NCBI GenBank assembly: GCA_951406725.2
Contig: OX597830.1
Location: 13,702,001 to 13,766,000 of the forward strand
Direction of reading: 5' to 3'
DNA from: Octopus vulgaris
Lineage: Eukaryota
DNA: 64,000 bases
A model generated the notes under the pieces. The model saw nothing but the letters and a program-made list of their open reading frames with translations. It had not been told where the DNA came from and searched no databases. The first letter of the stretch is position 1. Every line of letters begins with the position of its first letter. Of the stretch, positions 54,728 to 64,000 are shown in pieces. The position numbers were made by a program, and so were the translations under genes.

Positions 54728-55783
54728 CACAGCGTGCGATGGGTAAATTGTCGCCATTTTATATTTTCAATTTCACGCATGTGCGTCGTTTGTTTATGAT
54801 TTTGTCGACTACACAGTAAATCTGCTTCAGCACCATGTGACATTTCACTCTGCCAGAAATTTGGAAACGACATGCTGTACTGCTTGGCATTCGCACCGGA
54901 AGCTCCATTTGAGTGTATGGATGTTAATTATCGGACAGCGCAGAGTATTCGAAAGAGAATTGGATGAGTCTAATGGTGATTTCTGATAAGAAAATAACTC
55001 CTGAATTAGTTGGTGAGATCCAGGCTGTGATGGACAACGATCCCTCCAAGTCAATCAGATCCATCACCAGGAACGTGGGAGTGTCTTAGTTTCTTATCAG
55101 GCAAGTAGTGTATGAAGACATTCGGTATTCCTCATACAAGATAAGAAAAGGCCAATTTTTATTCCAAGTCATCAAAAACGAGAGGAAAGTCCTTGTCTCG
55201 AACCTTTTGAACAAACTCAAGCTTCCCCTCCAGCTGAACATGCTCTGGTTTTTCTCAGACGAAAGAAATTTCTGCCAGGATCAGATGGTGAACACATAGA
55301 ACAGCCGTTGGCGTGCTGTGTCCCCCAAACATGTATTGAGAGTCATAAAAATCAAATATCCAATCAACATCATGGTGTTTAGGGCCGTCACTAGTGATGA
55401 CGACGTTATGATTCTATTCATCTTCCAACACAGCCTTACATTCAAGATGAAGGCCTACTTCAAGTGCCTGGGGGAAGTAGCGCTGCCCTGGGTCAAGAGG
55501 GTGGCTGCTGGAAGATGCTATGTCTGGTAACAGGACTCTGCACCATGCTACACAAGCAGGAGAACCCAGTTATGGCTGTCAGTCAATTTCTGCGACCACA
55601 TCACCCTTAACATCTGGCCACCTCTCTCCCCAGACTGCAACCCCCTTGATTATTATGCGTGGAGCGCTGCTGAGCAAGAACTAACCAAAAAAAGATGAAC
55701 TGAAGGCAAAGATTATGGTAGCATTCACCAACAAGGAAACGGTCTAGAAGAGTTGCAGGAGATTCCGAAGTCGTCTGGAGGCC
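54728..55783 (+). mobile_element. Tc1/mariner DD37D (maT) transposon remnant
   Basis: WFFSDE ... QDSAPCYT ... WPPLSPDCNPLDY; I count 37 residues between the second and third D (55534-55650); stops and frameshifts elsewhere. Confidence 0.88.
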
Positions 55784-55784
55784 A

Positions 55785-56752
55785 ACAATTTCGGGGAAGG
55801 GGCTAAGTGGATTACACCGACCCCAGTACTCAACTGCTACTCACTTTATTGACCCCGAAACAATGAAAGACAAAGTGAATCTCGGCGGAACTTGAACTCA
55901 GAATGTAAAAACCGGATATTTATATCATCAACGCAGTGACTTCATGAATCTAATACATATGTAATGGAATACTCAGAACGTAAGGAGAGACGAAATGACG
56001 CTAAGCATTTTGGCCGGCATGCTAACGATGCAGTCAGCTCGCCGCCTTAGTGGCAGGATTAATGTTATTAGGGATAGCTTCGAATTTTGACACAAGGTCA
56101 GCAGTTTTGGAGCGTAAGGTAAAGTGAATTACTCCGACACCAGAACTTGTCTAGGCCTTATTTTACTGACTCCGAAAGGATAAAATTAAAGTCAACCTCG
56201 GCGGAATTTGAACTTTAAAAGACGGACAAAACGCTGCTAAGCTTTCGCCCGGCGTGCTAACGATTCTGCCAGTTCGCCGCTTTAGTGGAAGTTTTAATAT
56301 TTGTTTCTTTATTACCCACAAGGGGCTAAACACAGAGGGGACAAACAAGGACAGGCAAACGGATTAAGTCGATTAGATTTACCCCAGTATGTAACTGGTA
56401 CTTAATTTATCGACCCCCGAAAGGATGAAAGGCAAAGTCGACCTCGGCGCAATTTGAACTCAGAACGTAGCGGCAGACGAAATACGGCTATGCATTTCGC
56501 CAGGCGTGCTAACGTTTCTTATTTCTTTATTGCCCACGAGGGGCTAAACATAGAGGGGACAAACAAGGACAGACAAACGGATTAAGTCGATTACATCGAC
56601 CCCAGTGCATAACTGGTACTTAATTTATCGACCCCCGAAAGGATGAAAGGCAAAGTCGACCTCGGCGCAATTTGAACTCAGAACGTAGCGGCAGACGAAA
56701 TACGGCTACGCATTTCGTCCGGCGTGCTAACGTTTCTGCCAGTTCGCCGCTT
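55785..56752 (-). mobile_element. Cluster of 4-5 co-oriented SINE family A copies, including a tandem dimer
   Basis: Repeated GGATGAAAGGCAAAGTCGACCTCGGCG..TTTGAACTCAGAACGT units. Confidence 0.88.
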
Positions 56753-56786
56753 TAGTGGAAGTTTTAATATCACTAGTGACAGCAAT

Positions 56787-57170
56787 GGAAGCACTCCGTC
56801 GGTTACGACGATGAGGGTTCCGGTTGATCCGAATCAACGGAACGGCCTGCTCGTGAAATTAACGTGTAAGTGGCTGAGCACTCCACAGACACGTGCACCC
56901 TTAACGTAGTTCTCGGGGATATTCAGCGTGACACAGAGAGTGACAAGGCCGGCCCTTTGAAATACAGGTACAACAGAAACATGAAGTAAGAGTGGGAGAA
57001 AGTTGTGGTGAAAGAGTACAGCAGGGATCACCACCATCCCCTGCCGGAGCCTCGTGGAGCTTTTTAGGTGTTTTCGCTCAATAAACACTCACAACGCCCG
57101 GTCTGGGAATCGAAACCGCGATCCTATGACAGCGAGTCCGCTGCCCTAACCACCGGGCCATTGCGCCTCC
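56787..57170 (-). mobile_element. SINE family C with 12-bp TSD
   Basis: TSD AGTGACAGCAAT at 56775-56786 and 57171-57182. Confidence 0.92.
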
Positions 57171-58227
57171 AGTGACAGCAATAGCAACAGAAGCAGAAGA
57201 CGGGTCATGTCCTCATCATTTAAATATTTCAGAGACTTGATAATTCTTAATTTTCGTTCCGCCTCTGAAATACGCTTTTTTTTTGAAAGGGCAAAGAAAA
57301 AAGATGAGAAAAACGATACGAAAACTAAATTCAATAAGACAAATTAATAAGTGCCATTTCGACCCTTGCACACTATTATTGAATGTTAGAACAATTCAGG
57401 GCTTATTCTTCTGCATTACTGTATGTGATATTTCCGTATACGTTAGATGATATCTCTTTTATTGGGCCTCTAATGTGTCCCTTCTTCTCCCGCGTTTGTA
57501 ATGACGGCCATTCAGTCTATACTAACAATAAATGAATAAATAAAGAAAGAAATGAAATAACAAAAAAAAAAAAAAAAAACATTGTGAAGCGTAAAAGAAC
57601 GAGAAGAAAGAACCCCCAAGTTTCAAAGCGGGGTGATAATTACGACGGAGAGGAAGAAGGAGTAAGCTATAGAGACAGAAAGGAAAAAGGAAAAAAAAAG
57701 GAAAAAAAGGAAAAAGTGAGAGAGAGAGAGAGGTGAAAGAAGGAGAGAGAGGAAGAGAGGGGGTTTAGAAGAAAAGAGAAAAAGGGGGAAACACAATAGA
57801 AGCTGTAAGAAGAAAAGGATGCGTGATCAGCCTCCGACCGTACGCGACGGAAAAGAGTGTGTGAAAAAAGAAACAAAAACAAGAAACGATGAAGGTAATT
57901 ACATGCTAAAAAAATAAAGATAAAGCTATATTTAGTCTTCAAGCACACACACACACACACACAGAGGCATGCACGCGCGCACATACATTTTTGTATGAAT
58001 GTATTGAACATGGAAAACAAAAAAATATATTTCGTAATTTTTTTCCGAAATTCTCGGCTCCGAATTTTTTGTTTGCATTCTTAAAACCAAACTAATTAAA
58101 GATTCTTCTAATCAAGAGAAGAAATTTAATGGAGTGTCGGAAGAACTTGATAATGTGTCGACACAGTTTTACATCTGTTTTTTTTTTTTTTTTCTGATAT
58201 ATTCTGCTATGAAAATATTGGTTTCTC

Positions 58228-59015
58228 ATTTGGTACAAGGCCAATAATTTCGGGGGCGGGGGTAAGTCAATCACATTGACCCCCAGTATTTGACTGGTAC
58301 TTATTTTATCGACCCTGATTGGATGAAAGGCGAATTCGACCCCGGAGGATTTGAACGCAGAACATAAAGACAGACGAAATACCTATTTCTTTACTACCCA
58401 CAAGGGGCTAAATACGGAGGGGACAAACAAGGACAGACAAACGGATTAAGTCGATTACATCGACCCCAGTGCATAACTGGTACTTATTTAATCGACCCCG
58501 AAAGGATGAAAGGCAAAGTCGATCCCGGAGGATTTGAACGCAGAGCATAAAGACACACAAAATACCGCTGAGTATTCAGCCAGCTCACCGCCCTATTCTT
58601 TTGATAATTTTGATTCCAAACTTGGGCACTATGGAAGAGGTAAGACGATTACATCTACCCCAGTGCTCGACTGGTATTTAATATAAAGTGGCGAGCTAGT
58701 AGAAACGTTAGCACGCCGGTCGAAACGCTTAGCGGTATTTCGTCTGCCGTTACGTTCTGAGTTCAAATTCCGCCGAGGTCAACTTTGCCTTTCATCCTTT
58801 CGGGGTCGATAAAGTAAGTACCAGTTACGCACTGGGGTCGATGTAATCGACTTAATCCCTTTGTCTGTCCTTGTTTGTCCACTGTATGTTTAGCCCCTTG
58901 TGGGTAGTAAAGAAATAGGTATTTAATTTATCGACTCCGAAAGGATGAAAGGCAAAGCTGACATCGGCGGAATTTGAACTTAGAACATAAAAACGTGCGA
59001 AATGCCACTAAGCAA
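58228..59015. mobile_element. Nested SINE family A cluster on both strands
   Basis: Minus-strand nested pair 58228-58595; a plus copy at ~58685-58917 is inserted in a minus copy with TSD GGTATTTAAT. Confidence 0.85.
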
Positions 59016-59401
59016 TTGTCCCGGCACACTTACCACTCTGCCAGTTCGTCGCGTAAGTGTTATAAAAATATTGCACTGTTTCGTGTGACGCAATTACAAT
59101 TGTCTTCACATTTATCAGTCATTAAATAAAAATACATGAAGATTTTATTCTGAGGACAAAATCCCAATTATTTCATGAAATCAACAATCGATAGGAGCAT
59201 CCATGTCATAAATCTATGTTATAAAGCATTTAGCTTCAGATACGTAAACAGGGACATAGATATTAAGGGCTTTATGCATTTTCTTATATCACTTCAATAA
59301 ATAAGATCCCAAAGGCATCGAATTAAATTAGGAAGGGTTTGCTTCCTTCAAAAGCCTTGCAACTAAAATATATTGTTCCTTTCGCAAATCTCTCTCCTTG
59401 T

Positions 59402-59452
<51 letters not shown>

Positions 59453-59524
59453 ATCATGTGTATATATATATACATATCAACTTCAGAACATGTTGATCAA
59501 CTTCAGACCATGCTGACGGAGCAT

Positions 59525-59765
59525 ATACACGTAGAATATACACGCAGCAAGTTTAGATGGGCTGGACACGTCGCCCGGCTCCCCTATAATCGATGGACCC
59601 GCGCAGTTGTCGAGTGGTACCAGCGCGAGCGGAAACGACCACTCGGAAGGCCTCTACGACGGTGGAGTTACAATTTTAGGAGGGCGATTGGGATCACGTG
59701 GATGACGAAGGCGCGATCCAGAGAGGAGTGGACACCCGACGGACTGGTCGGTCAAGGTAGTCAAT

Positions 59766-59768
<3 letters not shown>
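59525..59768 (+). mobile_element. RTE-clade LINE 3' fragment
   Basis: KFRWAGHVARLPYNRWTRAVVEWYQRERKRPLGRPLRRW..ARSREEW, a typical RTE ORF C-terminus. Confidence 0.85.
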
Positions 59769-59802
<34 letters not shown>

Positions 59803-61883
59803 AGTGGGTGAAAAGTAAGTAGGCATTAAAGATTTATTGAAACGAATTATACGTTCTTTACTACATGGGAAAAGGAAAGTAAATCTCCATATTTCAATGA
59901 AAGCATATTTACTGTTTTGTTGTGTGGACCCCCCAAAATCTTATATGGACCCTAAGGGGCCAATACAGACCCGGTTGAGAAGCACTGTGATAGAAGAAAG
60001 GACAGAAGATGGCTGAAATTGAGGAAAGGGCAGTCATAAAAACATTTGTGAAATGGAAGAATCCAACATTTTATTAGAACATTTAAATACAAAAAAAAAA
60101 CAGAAAAGAAGAGAGATGGGAATAGAAAAGAAAGAAAGGAATGAAAACAAAAAAGGTGTGGGTGGGGGTAAAGCAGTGGAAGGTGGAAGGGGAGAGGGTG
60201 ATGTGCTGCAAACCCCGGTATTATAGGTGACACCTGACACTGGTGGTAGGAAGAACATAAGTAGTTTCGTGATCACGTACAATAAACAACAAAAAATATA
60301 GAATTTTCCACGATGTTGGTAGACCTGTGTCCAATTGCAACAATACCTTCTTTATATCAAAACTGTATGACCAACAAGAGACCTGAATTCTACTCTATCC
60401 GCAGAAACTGTAGCCAAACTCCATCAAATGTCATCGTACCATTTTAAACAAGAAGGTTGCATTTGATAATGTAGTTCTAAGTATACCATGTTTTGAATAA
60501 ATAAGATTAATGGTCTCGGCTGGCACGCCTTTAACTTAGGCATACATGGTCAGATCTGTTCTGGGGTTAAATAAAAAGAAAATCCCAATGATAGTAGCAC
60601 ATTCCATCAAATAACGATAGCACAGTTCTCTTTATTGCTAAACAAAGCAGTGGACAGTTGTTGGCAACATGAAAGCGAAACCTTGTTCGCATTGGGACTA
60701 GCTTTAATCTTTTACGAATTGATTTTCTGAAAAAGAGATAAACAATGAAAATAATTCGTTTGTGTTTGTTTTTGTAACCATTCTAAACATGAGAAACAAT
60801 ATTATTTGACTTCATTGTTCTGCTGGAAACAAAGATATTTTATATTACTTGAAGAATTACACATTTAAGCAATCTTATTTAAAAAAATATATATATAAAA
60901 ATAAATTAGAATAAAATAAAAAGCGATTGTAGAAAATTCAATATGCTATAGCATGTTTGTCGTTCTACTGTAGAGCGCTGTTGAAGAGAACGCATATTTC
61001 ATTAGAAGCTGTTTAGAAACAAACCTTCCTCACAATTTATTTTAGCTTCTTCTCTCATCGGATTTGACGGTTATTTTTAGATTTCATTTACTCAAGTGAT
61101 GCATTTATACATTGTAAGCTTGCGTTTAGACTGATTAAAATTTGCAGTCATATAAATATTTTTTATTGGTAATGGAAATATACGAAAGTGCAGTTCTGCT
61201 TCATAAACTCTGATAGTTTATGTAGAAAGAAATTTATTAAGAAAAAATATCCCAGATTAATCATATGTTCGTGCTAAATTATAACTTTAATAAAATTTGG
61301 ATGAAAAACCATATTTTTACACGAAAGATTTTACATTTTACTATTTTCTTATGATTGCTTTATCTCATGTAAAGTAGTAGAGGCGAGAAGGAGATAAATT
61401 TGGGCCAGCTAATAGCATTCACTTAACATTTACAGCCAATTTTCAATATACAGCTTCATCCTTGCCCTGAGAGAGTAATTGTTAAGCAAACAATTTAACA
61501 AAATAATTATTTTCAATATTTCAATGAAAATATTCCCTTATATTATTTCAACATGCTGCTTCTCCTAAATTTCGTCTTATGTCTTCTTTTTCTTACAGAA
61601 AATGTCCTTTCAAAATTCTCATTCTCTATAAGCATCATCAAATAATATATTTTCACAGAATACAGTACATAGCTCTTAACATAATATAAAGCATATAAAT
61701 TACTGACTGCAATCATTTCTCAGATGCGTGCTTTCTCCCCACATATACCACATTACCTTAAAAGTTGTATAACGTACATAGACAGGGCCTATTAGGAATT
61801 CAGCTAATTTAAGAATGTCTTGTAAAAATACTTTAGTCTAGTTACTCGCTGCCTCCTCTAGATAGGGGAAAACTTGAAATTAA

Positions 61884-62329
61884 GAATCTTTTCAGTTTGA
61901 ACGGCAGTTTTTAACATAATTTCTAGGTAACTAAAAAATTTGAAACTTCTTATACTGGTAGAATGTGTTTCTAAAAAATCTTTTTCTCTTGGCTTTATTG
62001 AGAAAAGTCTATAGTTTGTAAGATATTTGTTGTTTTTTTTTCTTCAATTTCTGCAATTTCAACCAATCACTGACGTCTATTGAGGTAAAAAAACATTATG
62101 TGCCGTATGAATATGTCCCACGTTTAAGAAACAGATTGGGTTTATTTACATTTGTGAAGAAAAACGAGATACCCTTCCCCCCACCCCTAACCCTAACCCT
62201 AACTAATCCTAACTAACCCTAACCCTAAAAGAGATTGAAATGCAATAGATCGATACTAGGGCCATAATTATGGTTGACAATTTCGTATGACACTACCGGA
62301 AAACACGGCCGTTCAAACCGAAAAGATCC
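61884..62329 (-). mobile_element. MITE, Merlin-like, copy 2, with internal (CCCTAA)n
   Basis: Same TIRs as 41874-42289; 8-bp TSD GAAATTAA at 61876-61883 and 62330-62337. Confidence 0.88.
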
Positions 62330-62699
62330 GAAATTAACACTATCAACTTAGAAAACATTCGTCTGTTGTACATTTTGCTGCGACGAGTTGTGCCTCATCA
62401 TTTTCCGTCTCTACCATTTTTCATATGTACTAGGTGTCAATTTACTGATTTCGCCTTATATCATCATCATCAATATTGTATAAGTTATTGATTAGTGAGA
62501 GTCGTTATAGCACCAACTTTGCCATTAATCATTACTGGGTTGATGAAATAATGCACAATTCAAGTACTAGGGTCGATGTCTTTTCTTGACTAGCTGTGTG
62601 TGTGTGTGTGTGTGCGTGTGTGTGTTCGTGCGTGTATGTGTGTGTCTGTGCCTGTTCGTCTCTCAGATTTGGTTTAACTTTTAACTCAGCCTCGTTATA

Positions 62700-62932
62700 T
62701 ATTTCTTTACTACTCACAAGGGGCTAAACACAAAGGGGACAAACAAGGACAGGCAAAGGGTTTAAGTCGATTACATCGACCCAAGTGCGCAACTGGTACT
62801 TAATTTATCGACCCCGAAAGGATGAAAGACAAAGTCGACCTCGGCAGAATTTGAACTCAGAACGTAACGGCAGACGAAATACGGCTACGCATTTCACCCG
62901 GCATGCTAACGTTTCTGCCAACTCGCCGCCTT
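62700..62932 (-). mobile_element. SINE family A with 16-bp TSD
   Basis: TSD ACTCAGCCTCGTTATA at 62684-62699 and 62933-62948. Confidence 0.92.
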
Positions 62933-63178
62933 ACTCAGCCTCGTTATAGTCAATACACTGAAATCACCAGCTGATCGTAAGCCCAAATATAAGAGACGAA
63001 AGAAGCTGATAATCTCTACTTAGAAAGAAACCTACATCCTACGGAAACCCCCCTGAAAGTTATTTTGCTGGTTATTTCTAACTTTTAGACAGAGCGGGAA
63101 GGATAGCAATTCATGCCTCTTTGCTTTTAGGGCCTCCAATAACATTGAAAGGAGGACAGGAAGTTATTTTCTTTAAAC

Positions 63179-63362
63179 CAGGGCTCCCCAAACATTTTAT
63201 ACCATCGGCCCCTTCGTGGAATCTTTGAGCACTCATCGACCCCCTCCCCCAGGCATGTACAAGAAAATAAATAAATAATAATAATAGATGTGCATTTATC
63301 GACTCCTTGAATAGTCCCATCGACACGCAGGGGTCGATATCGACCATTTCGGAAACCCCCTG
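63179..63362. mobile_element. hAT (Buster-type) MITE
   Basis: Termini CAGGGCTCCCCAAA / TTTCGGAAACCCCCTG; perfect 8-bp TSD CTTTAAAC. Confidence 0.85.
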
Positions 63363-63466
63363 CTTTAAACAGAAGACCAAGTTCAAATGATTGCAACATA
63401 GTTGCTTCTCTAAAGATACGCACGGTCCAGTTGATGTTTAACCGGTTGACGGATTATAGAATATAT

Positions 63467-63698
63467 GATTCTTTACTACCCACAAGGGGCTAAACATATA
63501 GGGGACAAACAAGGATAGACAAACGAATTAAGTCGACTACATCGACCCCAGTGCATAACTGGTACTTAATTTATCGACCCCGAAAGGATGAAAGGCAAAG
63601 TCGACCTCAGCGGAGTTTGAACTCAGAACGTAACGACAGACGAAATACAGCCATGCATTTCGCCCGGCGTTCTAAAGTTTCTGCCAGCTCGCTGCCTT
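63467..63698 (-). mobile_element. SINE family A with 17-bp TSD
   Basis: TSD CGGATTATAGAATATAT at 63450-63466 and 63699-63715. Confidence 0.92.
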
Positions 63699-64000
63699 CG
63701 GATTATAGAATATATTAAACCTGTAGACCGATTTATAGAATATTAGAATCCTTTCAGTTGGAATATTCCATTTTCTCATGGAAACTCTAGTTGGGCATAT
63801 CACCAATAATGAAAAACTTATCCTGTAGGCAAGATTTAGAGGTCACGATGCCGAAGAAGCTTCATAACATCAAATTATCTATTTTGATTATTAAATGTGA
63901 AAGTAAAGTAAATATCTTAATTCATCAAAAACAAGCAGTTGGTTAGCAAACAGTTGTTGAGAAGTAAGTTAACATCTACGTAGTGATATATATGTAACCA

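Noticed and set aside
55785-56770. Regularly recurring repeats resembling a CRISPR array
   Set aside because: They are nested ~210-230 bp SINE copies in eukaryotic DNA, with no unique spacers or cas genes.
59920-59988. hAT-like right end (GGTTGAGAAGCACTG)
   Set aside because: No matching left TIR or TSD identified; at most a fragment.
63718-63738. miR-10-like string AACCTGTAGACCGATTTATAG
   Set aside because: Seed mismatch, two deletions and no convincing hairpin.

Overview
AT-rich, repeat-saturated eukaryotic DNA with no recognisable intact host protein-coding gene. The SINE families and microsatellite density suggest a coleoid cephalopod (Octopus-like); this is an inference. Almost all ORFs in the track are translations of microsatellites. 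The window contains: a near full-length decayed Buster-type hAT transposon (1903-4511); mariner and DD37D (maT) remnants; two Penelope-like element (PLE) ORF remnants (RT and/or GIY-YIG); RTE-type LINE 3' ends and a bipartite RTE-derived element; four tRNA-headed SINE families; hAT-type, Merlin-like and Helentron-like non-autonomous elements; and long microsatellites. The most notable signal is about 16 hammerhead-ribozyme-like motifs in about 10 sequence families. They sit in short, often foldback elements in or next to (TA)n tracts, and include apparently intact cores (7436-7523 +, 21543-21646 -) and copy-conserved core variants (U4C; U3-A8). All structures were read by eye, so element boundaries are approximate unless a TSD is given.
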